This document shows, piece after piece, positions 26,538 to 39,519 of a stretch of 64,000 nt of DNA. How positions within the stretch are numbered: position 1 is the stretch's first letter; each line of letters opens with the position of its first letter. Below the pieces are notes generated by a model. That model had not been told where the DNA came from. It was given only the letters and a program-made list of their open reading frames with translations, and made no database searches. This stretch comes from Chiloscyllium plagiosum. Taxonomy: Eukaryota. A program made the position numbers and the translations under genes. The stretch lies in NCBI RefSeq assembly GCF_004010195.1, contig NC_057720.1, positions 7,226,328-7,290,327 of the forward strand, in the 5' to 3' direction.

Positions 26538-26755
26538 ACCACTGCAGCGGACAGCTGGAACTGACAACCGGAAGCAGCAGATTCAAACCACTACAAATGC
26601 CAGAGGAAAGATCACAGAAGCGCTTCACAGGAGGCTCCCAAGCACTGAGGATGTCACCTAGACAGGGGACGAAACATCTGCTACACAAATTCCCAGCTCG
26701 GCGAACAGAACCACAACAACGAGCACCCGAGCTACAAATCTTCTCACAAACTTTG
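26538..26755 (+). mobile_element. Penelope-like 3' terminus, family P4
   Basis: 10-bp TSD aatctcttcg (26528-26537 / 26756-26765); contains a hammerhead motif. Confidence 0.7.
26641..26682 (+). ncRNA. Minimal type I hammerhead ribozyme motif (P4)
   Basis: AGCA-CTGAGGA-T-GTCACCT-AGAC-AGGGGAC-GAAA-CA-TC-TGCT; stem I AGCA/TGCT; activity untested. Confidence 0.65.
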
Positions 26756-26769
26756 AATCTCTTCGGTGT

Positions 26770-27200
26770 CATAGAGACAGGGAGCAGGGGTAGGCCATTC
26801 GACCCCTCAAGCCTGCTCTGCCATCAATAAGATCATGACTGATCATCCAACTCATTGAGTCTGTTCCCATTTTCTCCTACTTCTTGAAAACATTTAATGC
26901 TTTGGCCTCAACCATTTTCTGTGGCAGGGAATTCCACAGGTTCCCCACTCTCTGGGCAAAGACATTTCTCCACATCGCAGTCCTAAATGTCCTGCCCCAT
27001 ATCCTTAGACTTTAACCCCTGGTTCTAAGCTCCCTGGTTATCACGAATATCCTTTGTGCGTACGCCCTGTCTCGGCCTGTGAGAATTTTATAGAATTCTA
27101 CTAGATCCCTCCTGATTCTTCCAACTTCCAGTGAATACATTCTGAACTCATTCAGTCTCTCTTCACACATCAGTCCTGCTAACCCAAGAATCAGCTCTGC
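26770..27200 (-). mobile_element. CR1 LINE 3' fragment
   Basis: EERLNEFRMYSLEVGRIRRDLVEFYKILTG. Confidence 0.8.
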
Positions 27201-27493
27201 TGTCATCTCAGTGGGGAGTGCCACATCTTTCCAATCATAATATTGGACTTTCCAAGTCCCATTTCAGAGTCCTGGGTGTGAAATCGAGGTTAGTGCCCTA
27301 ATGCAGGACTGCGGGAGTGCTGCACTGCCACAGGGGCTTTTCTCTGGAAAATGCATTCAGTTCAGTTCCCATCCACCTTCACCAGTAGGTGTAAAAGATG
27401 CCAAAGTACTAATTAAAAGTGTCCGGCCTCATATTTATCCCTCAGCCAACACCAATAAGTCAGAGTGTCTGATCATTACCAAATTAATGTTCA

Positions 27494-27694
27494 GAATGTA
27501 GTGCTGGAAAAGCACAGCTGGTCAGGCAGCATCTGAGGAGCAGGAGAATTTATGTTTCAGGCATAAACCCTTTATGAAGGGCTTATGCCTGAAACGTCGA
27601 TTCTCCTGCTCCTCGGATGCTGCCTGACCTGCTGTGCTTTTCCAGCACCACACTCTCGACTCTGAGCTCCACCATCTGCAGTCCTCACTTTTTT
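27494..27694. mobile_element. P2 palindrome
   Basis: TSD caaatt(a/g)atgttca at 27480-27493 and 27695-27708. Confidence 0.82.
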
Positions 27695-27774
27695 CAAATT
27701 GATGTTCATGGGAGCTCACTGTGCAAATGGGCTGCCACATTAGCCAACATATTGACCGTTACAAAAACAGACAC

Positions 27775-27920
27775 TTCTCAGTTCTGAGGAAGGGTCACCA
27801 GACCCGAAACATTAACACTGATTTCTCTTCACAGATGCCTCCAGACCTGCTGAGCTTGTCCCGCAATTTCTGTTTCTGCTTTTGATTTACAGCATCCGCA
27901 GTTCTTTTGCTTTTTATTTA
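27775..27920 (+). mobile_element. P3 terminus with hammerhead-like core
   Basis: GTT-CTGAGGA-A-GGGTC-ACCA-GACCC-GAAA-CA-TT-AAC. Confidence 0.72.
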
Positions 27921-28364
27921 GTTTGCAACAGTTACAGCTGCATTGTTAAAAGCATGTGACTGACTACAAAGTATTCGAGGTCATCCTGAAAGGCGCTAGA
28001 GGAATGCAACTCTTGTTCTCTCATATACTTTACATAGCAGGAATCTCTCACTAACTGTGTTCATAATGCAGTGAGGTGACAAATTAGCAGTTTAAAGAGA
28101 GAGGAAAACGTCATTTTTAAACTTTGCGCAATGCCTTGAAGGCTACACACTCACTGCTTCAGTAAACAATGCCAGCACTGAGGTCTCTCCATGGTGGGGA
28201 AGGGAAGTGTGAGCAGTAAGGAGTGGCAGGCATTGACAAAAAAAGCACAGACTAGTGAAAATCATTAAACCGACAAAACAAAGCACAGGTTCCATCACAG
28301 CCCTGGAATTGCAAGAGATTCACAGTGTTGAAGATTTCACCCTGGAACAAATTGCAGCTTTTAA

Positions 28365-28700
28365 TTTGATTTAATACTGTTACGTGTGCTGAGGTACAGT
28401 GAAACGTTGTGTTTTGTGTGCAGTACAGGCAGACCTTGCGCCACAAAGATCAGAGGGTGATTGAACAGAGCGAGGAACGCACAGATACAGGTGCAAAGAA
28501 GGTGTACAAAAAGGGAGATCAACATTAAATTTCAGAATTCTGAATTAGTGGTGCTGGAAGAGCGCAGCAGTTCAGGCAGCATCTAAGGAGCTTCGAAATC
28601 GACGTTTCGGGCAAAAGCCACCCTTTTATTAAATTTGAGAAGTCCATTCAGAAGTTTAGTAACAGTGAGGAAGAAGCTGTTCTTGAACCGTGTATCTTTC
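28365..28700 (-). mobile_element. Rex1/Babar-like LINE tail with a nested P2 arm (28533-28627)
   Basis: Similar to 54990-55350; 9-bp TSD attaaattt (28524-28532 / 28628-28636). Confidence 0.65.
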
Positions 28701-29869
28701 TGTATCTGACACACAGTCCATTGGTCAAAGGTATTGCATCTAAGCATGGAGGGTTAGACATCAGCTAGAGAGAGGTGGAATTGATCGAGGGGTGCTAGTG
28801 GATGAATGAAGACTTAGCTAATGTTAAAAAAACTCTGAGGAGGATAGGGAGACAGGCAGCTAAGGGGAGAGGACAGTGGGGTGCTGAGGATATGCTGATA
28901 TCACCTGCAAGGCAACAGGGAGAGGACAGTGGGGTAATGAGGGAGGTGATTCCTGACTTAGATCACTCACCACGTGACTAGTTCTGAACCTGCCCCTGGT
29001 GTGCTGAAGAAAGGATAATGCCAGAGCCTGATTAAAATCCAACGAAGCGTTTGAAAACCACTTGAGTGTCAAATTCACTAACAAACAGATGGACAGCCAG
29101 TAAATTATCCCGTTGAACAACCAACGCCCCCTCCCTTAATAAATATCTGCTCCTACCGTAGCACTGGGGGAGTTACAAAAAGCAATTTCGATAAGATACA
29201 GGGAGGTAGTGACCTGAAGAGGCACAGGTATTTATACTAAGTGTGGCTACAAATGAGCAGTTTTATAATTGATTAAAGTCAACATAATCCAGAGTATGAT
29301 TTAAACCTGGTGCTGTGTCGGGAGCTGGTGGCAGACTATTTGATACACATGTTAAACATATTTAACAAGAGATAACAGGGCAGACTTTCCTTTTCAAAAG
29401 CAATTTTGTTTTTGAATTTGATCTCGGGACAACCCTGACATCCCTTGGGTCTCAAGGTGGGTACTCCACTGCGAAATGGTCCCTCAGTCAGCATCGCAAG
29501 GAATTAAAATGCCACCCATTTGTTTAATGCCAGAGCCACATGTAGGACCAGAAAAGGACAGACAACAGATCTCCTTCAAAGCAGAATATCAATAAAGTAC
29601 CACTAATCCTGTGTAAAATATTTCCATAGTGCCAATGCTACATTGGGCAGTTTACCAATGATGAGATTTTGACCTCATAACCACCAGATCTTTCAGATTC
29701 TGCACTCACATACACAGACACCTCTACACTCCACCCCACCCCACAGACACACACACTCCACCATCCTCGCACACGCAGACACCTCCACACCCCAACCCCC
29801 ATCCTCCACTTACCACGACACACACATATGCACAGACACCCCACACTCCTCCTCCCCTACACACACACG

Positions 29870-30120
29870 ACTTAATGAGAAACTTCAGCCAGAGAGTGGT
29901 GAATCTATGGAATTCATTGCTATGGAAGGCTGTGGAGGCCAGGTCATTGAGTATATTTAAGACTGAGATAGATAGGTTCTTGAGTATCAAGGGGATTAAG
30001 GGTTACGGGGAGAAAGCGGGAGAATGGGGTTGAGAAACTTATTAGCGATGATTGAATGATGGAGGAGACTTGATGGGCTGAATGGACTAACTTCTGCTCC
30101 TATGTCTCATGGTCTCATGG
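29870..30120 (+). mobile_element. CR1 LINE 3' end
   Basis: agagagtggtgaatctatggaattc...gggctgaatgg tail. Confidence 0.8.
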
Positions 30121-30751
30121 AGTTCACCTCACGGCACACACTGGGCTCTTGAAGGGTTAAGTCTGCCTACTCTTTCAGCTGACTCCCCCACGGCCTGCAG
30201 CTATAGAACAACTGAGGAGAAAACAGGCATGAAAAGTCAATTTAAAATTTCCAACCAACCAAACTTCTGACTGAGAATTAGCTGAAACCTCATCAGAGCA
30301 GAAAACGAATGTAAAACACATGCTAATAATTCCACCCTTTAATCCAAACATCTTTCCCCCTGAGCTACCTTATCAGCAGAACATAGAAAGCGTTCACCTC
30401 ATTTAACAATATGAAAACAGCAGAGAACGGTCTGCTTAGTTTGCAAATAGCCCACCATTACTTAGTGCGTTGGTACGTGAACACGAGGTAGGTTTCATTA
30501 GCATGCAAACTATTTTCCATTAACATCAAACCTGGAACTGTTCAACTTCTCCAATGATCCCTGGTCTTGCTCAGCAAAGCGCTGCCGTTTTGGAAGTGTA
30601 AATAGTTTCAGGCATGTTGGGAAAATTGAGGTCTGTATCAGGGCCATCGACTCTCTGCTTCGCCAGCAATCTCCCCAGTGATTGGTGGTCCTTTATACCC
30701 ATGGGGATTATGCAGCGATATAGAGTACGGCTTCTCCTGTCTCATTCCAAA

Positions 30752-31052
30752 AGATGTGGAGGTGCCAGTGTTGGACTGGGGTGGACAAAGTCATAAGTCA
30801 CACGATAGCAGGTTATAGTCCAACAGGTTTATTTGTCAGGGGCCATTTGAAAGCTTGTGATTTCAAATAAACCTGTTTAAAAATCACACAACACCAGGTT
30901 ATAGTCCAACAGGTTTATTTGGAAGCGCTAGCTTTCAGAGCGCTGTTCCGTCATCAGGTGTACAACTACCTGAGGAAGGAGCAGCACTCCGAAAGCTAGT
31001 GCTTCCAAATAAACCTGTTGGACTATAACCTGGTGACTCACGTGACTTCAGC
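30752..31052. mobile_element. P1 palindrome nested in another P1 copy
   Basis: Two subfamily variants (gaaagcttgtgatttc versus gaaagctagtgcttcc); inner palindrome ~30877-31035. Confidence 0.75.
30967..31001 (+). ncRNA. Minimal hammerhead ribozyme motif (P1)
   Basis: TAC-CTGAGGA-A-GGAG-CAGCA-CTCC-GAAA-GC-TA-GTG; palindromic AGCT in place of stem III. Confidence 0.62.
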
Positions 31053-31225
31053 CTTTATTCGACAGGAAGCATTAGTACTGGATAACAATTGGAGAGGGTC
31101 AACAAGCCAAGTGTTGCGCTGAGGGTACAGCCCGCTGTCAGAAAGGGACACCTTTCGGCCTTGATATTAAAACCAGGCCCCTTTTTTCCCTCTCTGGAGA
31201 TATGTAACACTCCATAGCACTGTAC

Positions 31226-31740
31226 GATCGTGAGATATAGGGGCAGAATTAGGCCATTCAGCCCATTGGGTCTGCTCTGCCATTCAATCATGGCTGATAT
31301 GCTCCTCACCCCCATTTTCCTGCCTTCTCCCTTTCAACTAATTACCAATTAAAAATCTGTCTAACTCCCCCTTAAATTTACTCACTGTCCCAGCATCCAC
31401 TGCACTTTGGGGAAACAAAATTCCACAGATTCACAACCCTTTGGGAGAAGTAGTTTCTCTTCCTGTCTGTTTTAAATTTGCTACCCCTTCTCTTGAGACT
31501 ATGACCTCATCCCAGAATGCCCCACAAGAGGAAGCATCCATTGCATGACCATTTTATCCACACCTTTTATTATCTTGAATACCTCAATTTGATCTTCCCT
31601 CATTCTTCTTAATTCCAGCGAGTACAGGCCTAAACTGTTCAATCTCTCTTCGTACAACAAACCCCTCATCTCTGGGATCAATCGCGTGAATTTCCTCTGA
31701 ACTGCCTCCAATGCCACTCCATCTTTCCTGAAATAAGGGG
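31226..31740 (-). mobile_element. CR1 3' fragment inserted into a degraded Deu-SINE (~31090-31870)
   Basis: ALEAVQRKFTRLIPEMRGLLYEERLNSLGLYSLE. Confidence 0.85.
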
Positions 31741-31895
31741 GTTATTCTGCAGGAGAAGGGAACCCTGACCCTGGTGGTCTTGCCACTACCAAACCCCTAG
31801 TCGACATCCACAAATTGAATCTCTGATCATTATTGTTGTGGAATCTTGCTCTGCATCTGGTGTGTTCTGAAGAAGGATCACTTTTTGGTCACTTG

Positions 31896-32240
31896 GGGTG
31901 GCATGGTGACTCAGTGGTTAGCACTGCTGCCTCACAACACCAAGGATCCGGGTTCAATTCCAGCCTCAGATGATTGTCTGTGTGGAGTTTACAAATTCTC
32001 CCCGTGTCTGTGTGGGTTTCCCCCGGGTGCTCTGGTTTCCTCCCACTGTCCAAAGATGTGCAGGTTAGGTGAATTGGCCATGCTAAATTGCCCATTGTGT
32101 TTTGGGTTGTGTAGGTTAGGTGCATTAATCAGGGGTAAATGTAGAGTAATGGGGATTGGGTTTGGGTGGGATAATCTTCGGAGGGTTACTATGGACTTGT
32201 TGGGCTGAAGGGCCTGTTTCCACACTCTCGGGATTCTAAG
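31896..32240 (+). mobile_element. V-SINE (HE1-like), full length
   Basis: Head, V-domain and tail. Confidence 0.92.
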
Positions 32241-32242
32241 AT

Positions 32243-32370
32243 TCACTGGACCAGAAACGTTAGCTCTGCTTTCTCTCTCCACAGATGCTGCCAGACCTGC
32301 TGGGTTGCTCCAGCAATTTCTGTTATGTTTTGTTTCTGAATTCCAACATCCGCAATTCTTTGGGATTTTC
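32243..32370 (+). mobile_element. P3 terminus
   Basis: tcactggaccagaaacgttagctctg...acagatgctgccagacctgctg. Confidence 0.7.
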
Positions 32371-33486
32371 TTGTTATGCGTTGTGTTTCCTACTGTAAAC
32401 CTCAGCAGTATGCTTTGGTATCACGGGTGCACATCTCAATGGTTCTCGGATGTTGGGGGTGTTTCTGCCTCTATCAGGATTGCGGGCAGCGAGTTTTGGG
32501 TGCCTGCAGCCCGCTGCGTGAAAACCATTTTCCTCACATCTCCCTCTAAGCATTCTGTCCCTCATCTTAAATCACCAGTGGGTGGGTGTGTGGAATCCAC
32601 TGCCAGCAGTGATAGTAAAGTCAGACACATTCAGGACATTTAAGCGATTCTTGGATGGGGCACATGGAAGATAGTACAATGAAGGCTACGTAGTTAGTCT
32701 GATCTTAGAGTAAGATAAAAGGCCAGCATAACATCGAGGGCTGAAGGGCCTGTACTGTCCTATATTCTATATATATTTTATAAGTAGTTCTTGGAGTGTA
32801 AAATGCTGAGGGATTGTCTAAAGGTTTCTCTGCACCCTTCACAGAATCACCGAGAATTGTTACAGCACAGACAAATGTGGCCATTCGGCCAATCATGCCT
32901 GTACTGGCTTGTTAAATGACTATCAATACCCAGCACCTCTCTCCTACATGCTCTCCATACGCTTGCATGTTATTGTCTCCATTGTTTCTTTCTTTTTATA
33001 AAACAATTATTCACATTCCACCAGATGGAATGTGGAAATGAGGTGTGAAGGGCCAGTTTTGACTCCAGGGTACAGTGGGCCAACTATGCTTCACTTCTGA
33101 CACTGGATTCAATTACTTGAAGGCATCGAAGATACAACGAAGCAGCTTCTCTATAACCCGATAGTTTTCATGTAAATGTTCCTTAAAAGCCATTCCCTTC
33201 AGGCCCAGCAATCCTTACAATCTCTCAATTTGCAAACTAGAGAGAAAAACCATTTTAAAAAAAAACAATAATCCTGGGAAACTAACATACTGGTCAGACT
33301 GGAGCTCCAGTTTGAAGAGGTGTTATGCTGATATGTATCATTTGTCGGTTTGACTGGTTTCTTCTGTCTTGGAAATGGGTTTGAGACATTGGAAACGTGA
33401 CTCCAGACCCACAGCAATGTGGCTGACTCCTAACTGTCCTCTCAGCAATTAGGGATGGACAATAAATAATGTCAGTACGTGATGTC

Positions 33487-34900
33487 AAAGAACAAAGAAA
33501 ATTACAGCACAGGAACAGGTCCTTCAGCCCTCCAAATCTGCACCAATCCAGATCCTCTATCTCAACCTGTCGCCTACTTTCTAAGGGTCTGTATCCCTCT
33601 GCTCCCTGCCCATTCATGTATCTATCTAGATGCACCTTAAATGGTGCTATCATGCCTGCCTCTGCCACGTCAGATAACAACACGTTCCAACACGTACCAA
33701 GAACTTTCCACGCGTATCTCTGCTAAACCTTCCCCTTCTCAATTTGAACCCGTGAACCCTGGTCATTAATTCTCCAACTCTGGGAAAAAGCTTCTTGCTG
33801 TTCAACCCTGTCTATACCTCTCATGATTGTGTAGACCTCAATCAGGTCCCCCCTTAACCTCTGTCTTTCCAATGAAAATAATCCAAATCTACTCAACCTC
33901 TCTTCATAGCTAGCACCCTCCATATGAGGCAACATCCTGGTGAACTTCCTCTGCAACCTTGCCAAAGATCCTCGCTAAAAATGTTGCTTGATATGGAGGG
34001 AAGGTCTTATGAGGAAAAGCCGAGGCACTTGAGGCTGTTTTTGTTAGAGAGAAGAAGGTTGAGGGGTGACTTGCTTGAGACGTACAAGATGATCAGAGGG
34101 TTAGATAGGGTGGACAGTGAGAGCCTTTTTCCTCGGATCTTGGGATGATGAAGGACTTTTGCCCAAAACGTCGATCTTCCTGCTCCTCCAATGCTGCCTG
34201 ACCTGCTGTGCTTTTCCAGCACCACACTCTCAACTCTAATCTCCAGCATCTGGATTCCTCACTTTTGCCTACCATTTATTGTATTAGATCTACCCTTTGT
34301 TTGTTGTACCTAAACGCAATACCTCGCATTTATCTAGTTTTAACCCCATCTGCCATTGTTCAACCCAGTGACCCATTTGATCAAGATTCCTTTGTAATCT
34401 TAGAAAACCTTCTTTTTGTCCACTATACCACCAAAATTTTCATCTGCAAATTTATTGACCATGTTTATCCTCATCCAAATCATTTACATAAATGACAAAC
34501 AGAACCAATCCATGTGGAGCAGCTTTGGTCACAGGCCTCCAGTCAGAAAATCAACCCTCCACCATTACTCTCTGTCTCCTGCCATTAAGCCAATCATGTA
34601 TCCAATTGGCAAGCTCAACCCGAACTCCATGTGACCTAACTTTACTAATTAGCCTACTTTGATGTGGAAGTATTAGAGAATGGTTCCAGGGAGGAGGAAC
34701 TTCAGTTTTGAAGACAGCTTGGAGAATATGGGACTGTTTCCCTCAGAGAAAAGAGGCTGAGAAGAGACCTGAAAGAGGTGTTCAAAATCACAAAGTGTCT
34801 GGACAGAGTGGAGAGGGAGAAAATATTTCCACCCATGAAATCATTGAGAATGATAGAGCACCAATTTACAGTGGTAGGTAAATGAAGCAGGAATGAAGGT
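33487..34900. mobile_element. Cluster of CR1 fragments in both orientations plus a P2 arm (34146-34265)
   Basis: Minus 33487-33966 and 34270-34660; plus 33980-34140 and 34660-34900; CR1 motifs in the ORF track. Confidence 0.8.
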
Positions 34901-36239
34901 TATCATGCAGAGGATGTTTAGTACTGTGTACGGCTTCCCTCAAGACTGAACTGGTCCAGTTTCCATTGTAATATCCGTTTTTCTGGCCAACATAACATGA
35001 GGTTTACTGCACTTCCGTGGCTATTTAGGGACTGCATCAATATGATCTGCATTGCCACAGTGCCTGTTATTTGGATACAAAACCCTGGTCCCTCACAGGT
35101 TGGTTTTACACTCTGAACATCTCAATACTTGTTGCACTCCACCAAATACTAAACCTCTTTTATGCCCACGTCCAACAGTTCAAATCTGGACAGCAGTCTT
35201 TGAGAGTGTGATGGAAGCAAGTTCATTCGAGGCATTCATGCTGGACAGCTTTCTAGAAAGGAAAAATTGTGCGGGGTTACATCAAGAAGGTGGAAGATTG
35301 GCACCAGCTGAATTGCTCTTTTTTGGGGAGCTGGTACACACATAATGGACCGAATGGCCTATCTGCACCGATGCAATCTTTTTGCTATTCGTTAGTGGGA
35401 TGTGGGCGTTGCTGGTTGGGCCAGCATTTGTTGCCCGTTCCTAATTGCCCCTTGAGAAGGTGCGGGTGAGCCGTCTTCTTGAACCGCTGCAGTCAATGTG
35501 CTGTGGGTTGACCCACAATGCCCTTAGGGAAGAAATTATTTATATGTTAGGGAAGCTAAATCGGGACTTCAATTAGGATTGTTTTTGGCAAACACTTTTA
35601 AGAAATTGTAGGTTTTACTGGAGCAGTGAATTCTGTTTGTAGTCGTTATCTTTTCATTTAATCTTGCAGCCTCAAAGGGAGCTCATTGCTGAATCTTTTG
35701 CCACATTTGTAAGTCAGACATAAGTCTGCACTGGGTTAGCTAATCTTGGCAACTGGCATTTGCAAAGAAGTGGCCTTGATGAAGGGAGGGGAACCCAGGC
35801 ATGCCTCCAGCTGCACAGCATGTGTTTGAATATACACATCACGCAGGGCAGGGAACACTTTCTTTTTTGGCCGATGGAATTTGTGAGCAAGATACTGATT
35901 GGTGAGCCACAGATCTGAGAAGAGAACAGCAGATTCAAGCCGAAAGTTAACAAGTCATAATAAACTCGTCCGAAAACTGTATGCAGCCACGTACCATTCA
36001 ACAGCGACTTTCCAAAACAAAAATTTGATTAATTGCACAGATAGGGAGGAACTATTTCTGCCGACAGAGGTGAACAAAAGACACAGGTTTAAAGTTGGGA
36101 ACCAGATGGAGATAAGGCGAAGTGTTTTTATGTAGTGAGCTATGTTGTTTTGGAATGCATTGTCTGATAGGACAGTAGAAACAGGTTTGATAATAATTTA
36201 CGCTGAGGAAATTAGATGAATACTTTAAAATAAGACCTG

Positions 36240-36887
36240 TAAGATAGTGAAGGCATTTGGTATGCTTGCCTTTATTGGTTAATGCATTGAGTATAGGAGT
36301 TGAAAGGTCATGCTATGGCTGTACAGGACATTGGTTAGGCCAGTTTTGGAACACAGTGTTCAGTTCTGGTCTCCCTGCAAAAGGAATGATGTTGTTAGAC
36401 TTGAAAGGGTGCAGAAAAGCTTTACATGAATGTTACCAGGATTGGAGGGTTTGGGCTGCAGACAGAGACTGAATATACTGGGGCTGTTCTCCTTGGAGCG
36501 TCAGAGGCTGAGGAGTGACCTTAAAGAGATTTATTAAAATCATGAGGGGCATGGAAATGGTGAATAGCCAAGGTCTTTTCCCAGGGTGGGAGAGTTCAAA
36601 ACTAGAGGGTATAGGTTTAAGATGAGACGGGAAAGGGACCTAAGGGACAACTTCTTTTACACAGTGGGTGGTGCGTGTATGGAATGAGCTGCCAGAGGAA
36701 ATGGTGGAGGCTGGTATAATTACAACATTTAAAAGGCATCTGGGTGGGTACATGAATAGGAAGGGTTTAGAAGGATGTGGACCAAATACTGGCAAATGGG
36801 TCTAGATTAATTTAGAATATCTGGTCGGATATTCTAGTTGGACTGAAGGGTCTGATTCCATGGTGTACATCTCTATGTCTCTATGAC
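36240..36887 (+). mobile_element. CR1 LINE 3' fragment
   Basis: Typical ORF2 end and 3' UTR ending ctctatgtctctatga. Confidence 0.88.
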
Positions 36888-37239
36888 CGCGAGGAGGAAG
36901 CAGGGTAGTGCAACTGATGGTCTAGCCTCTTTAAAACAGCAGGAATGGTAAAGCTGGGCTGAATAGCCATTTTCTGTATGTATCATTCTGTAATGAGGCA
37001 GTTTCAGAACGATCTCCCAGTCCTATGAATCTTGAGGTGAAGGCCAGTGCAGTCTGGAGGCTAGATGTCAGTGTGGTCTGGGTTCTAAGACTCCTTTGTT
37101 CTGAACTTCTGTTTCTGCAATGCTGGGCTTTTTAATTTCTCTATTTTTCTAAGATCTTGTCACTGAAGGAGCTGTACCTAGGTACTTTTGTCCCTTAGCT
37201 GGCGTTGTAAGTGGCGACTTATAAACTTTACTCTGCACC

Positions 37240-37267
37240 CTGAAGAAGGGCCTGTGCCCGAAACGTC
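37240..37267 (+). ncRNA. Hammerhead core (P2)
   Basis: CTGAAGA-A-GGGC-CTGT-GCCC-GAAA-CG-TC; stem I partner lost. Confidence 0.55.
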
Positions 37268-37326
37268 AAATCTCCTGTTCCCTGGATGCTGCCTGACCTG
37301 CTGTGCTGTTCCAGCAATAAAGTTTC
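37241..37326 (+). mobile_element. Single P2 arm beginning at the hammerhead core
   Basis: 18-bp TSD aaactttactctgcaccc (37223-37240 / 37327-37344). Confidence 0.85.
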
Positions 37327-37699
37327 AAACTTTACTCTGCACCCATTTGAGTACATGGGGTGATAAAACTAACTCTAATTATATATAAAACTATAATCTA
37401 CACAATCTACGTTACCGCAATATACCATGACCAAGAGAAGCTTTGAGCCATCAACATCCCTCAAAAAACCCGAGTCGAAACATCAACACATCTCCTAAAA
37501 TCCCAGTGGAAAAACACAGTATTAGATATGTAGTACGCAGTGTATACATATCACTATTTTACGTGATATACAGCAGGAATACTCAGATTATGGTATTTGA
37601 GATATATAATTTTTAGTGGTAAATCAATTGTGCTGGTTAAGAAAAAGTTTGCTGTAAGTAGATTATGGCATATTCCTTTTTTCCCCACATCTGTTCCGT

Positions 37700-38000
37700 G
37701 ATGTGGGTGTCACTGTCGAGGCCAGCGTTTATTGCCCCTCCCTAATTGCCCAGAGGGCAGTTAAAGTCAACTACATTGTTGTGGGTCTGGAGTCACATGT
37801 AGGCCAGATCAGGTAAGGCTGGCAGTTTCCTTCCCTAAAAGGACATCAGTGAACCAGATGGATTTTTCCTGACAATCGGCAATAGTTTCCTGGTCATCGT
37901 CAGAATCTTTTTTTATTGAATTCAAATTCCACCATCTGCCAGGGTGGGATTCAAACCCAGGTCCCCAGAATAATACCTGGGTGTCTGGACTGATAGTCTA
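37700..38000 (-). mobile_element. SINE-B copy
   Basis: Reverse-complement similarity to 3630-3985. Confidence 0.75.
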
Positions 38001-38196
38001 CCGAAAGGTTTGGAGTCACATGTAGGTCAAGTTGGGAAAGAACAGATTTCTTTCTCTAAGGAACACCAGACAACCATGTGAGTCTTTGACACTAATCGAC
38101 CATGATTATGTTGTTGGTTTTCTACCAGTTTTTACTTCTAGATCGGAGGACAGAGAGAGAAAGAGCTATGGTTTCAGGTCTGTGACCTTTCATGAG

Positions 38197-38365
38197 CTGA
38201 AAAATGTGTTACTGGAAAAGCGCAGCAGGTCAGGCAGCATCCAAGGCTTATGTCCGAAACGTCGATTCTCCTGCTCCTTGGATGCTGCCTGACCTGCTGC
38301 AATTTTCCAGCAACACATTTTTCAGCTCTGATCTCCAGCATCTGCAGTCCTCACTCTCTCCTAGT
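38197..38365. mobile_element. P2 asymmetric palindrome
   Basis: Perfect 14-bp TSD tgacctttcatgag (38183-38196 / 38366-38379). Confidence 0.85.
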
Positions 38366-39225
38366 TGACCTTTCATGAGAACCAGTTCTGTGTTTCTTTA
38401 TTAACTCAGCCTCCCTCTCCACACATGGTGCCAACAGCTTGTTGAGTCACCCAGAATTTCCTGTGTTTTATTTAATTTCATATTTCTATTGTTGTGACTA
38501 TCTTTCATGTTTTGCTGACTGACGGGCAATTTTGAGCCAAGCCACACACACTGCAGAGAGTGGATGACATGCCAACAGATGTCTTTAGGAAAGTGTCAAC
38601 AAGTACATCACAGAGATACTGGACTGGCGTGTACTTTGGAGATCTCTCCTCCCAGCCTGAGTGTCGCAATGCCTGTACTCCTTCAGTCCTTCCAGCAGAA
38701 CCTTACCTCACTGAGACCCATGATCAAGTGGATCATGGCGAGGTGCCAACCCTGTGCCCTAGGAAGCTTGTATGATGGGCAGCAGCACCAGATGTGACAC
38801 AGTTCCGTTAATGACTAGCCATTGACTGGATCCGACAGGGACAGTCCACGATTCCGAGATCTCTGATTGAATTGACCTCTCCTGGTTAATCCACAGGCAA
38901 ACACTGCCAAAAGACTTTCGGAAGCATTAGTCTGGCAACAATGGACTCAGGAGGAGGAGGAGTTGGCCATTGCTCGTGGTTGGCTACTGGCACACTACCT
39001 TGGAACACATGCATTGTGGTGAATGTCCAAGGTTAGAGCCCACAAGGTTGGAATGGTAAGAACAAAAGAAAGAGAGAAGGAAAGAGAGAAGCAAAGAAAC
39101 AAACAAACATAGAAGGAAATAAGGGAAGACAGAAAGAAGGAAGGAAGGAAACATGACAGAATGAGAAAGTAAATGGGGAGAGAAAGATAATGGAGAGAAT
39201 CACTGGCAGAAAGTGACAGAGTGTC

Positions 39226-39519
39226 AGAGAGTGAGACAGTGAGTGTGTTTGTGTAAGAGAGTGAGACAGTGAGTGTGTTTGTGTAAGAGAGTGAGACAGT
39301 GAGTGTGTTTGTGTAAGAGAGTGAGACAGTGAGTGTGTTTGTGTAAGAGAGTGAGACAGTGAGTGTGTTTGTGTAAGAGAGTGAGACAGTGAGTGTGTTT
39401 GTGTAAGAGAGTGAGACAGTGAGTGTGTTTGTGTAAGAGAGTGAGACAGTGAGTGTGTTTGTGTAAGAGAGTGAGACAGTGAGTGTGTTTGTGTAAGAGA
39501 GTGAGACAGTGAGTGTGTT
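39226..39519. repeat. Perfect 30-bp minisatellite (agagagtgagacagtgagtgtgtttgtgta) x ~9.8
   Basis: Seen directly. Confidence 0.97.

Larger units (their letters stand above)
27250..28020 (+). mobile_element. Deu-domain SINE (SacSINE1/AmnSINE1-related), split by P2 and P3 insertions
   Basis: gtaaaagat...atatttatccctcagccaacacc...tgggagctcactgtgcaaatgggctgcc...tgaaaggcgcta...aatgcaa resembles the Deu-SINE consensus as I recall it. Confidence 0.65.

Noticed and set aside
39226..39519. CRISPR-like regular array
   Set aside because: Identical head-to-tail units with no unique spacers; a eukaryotic minisatellite
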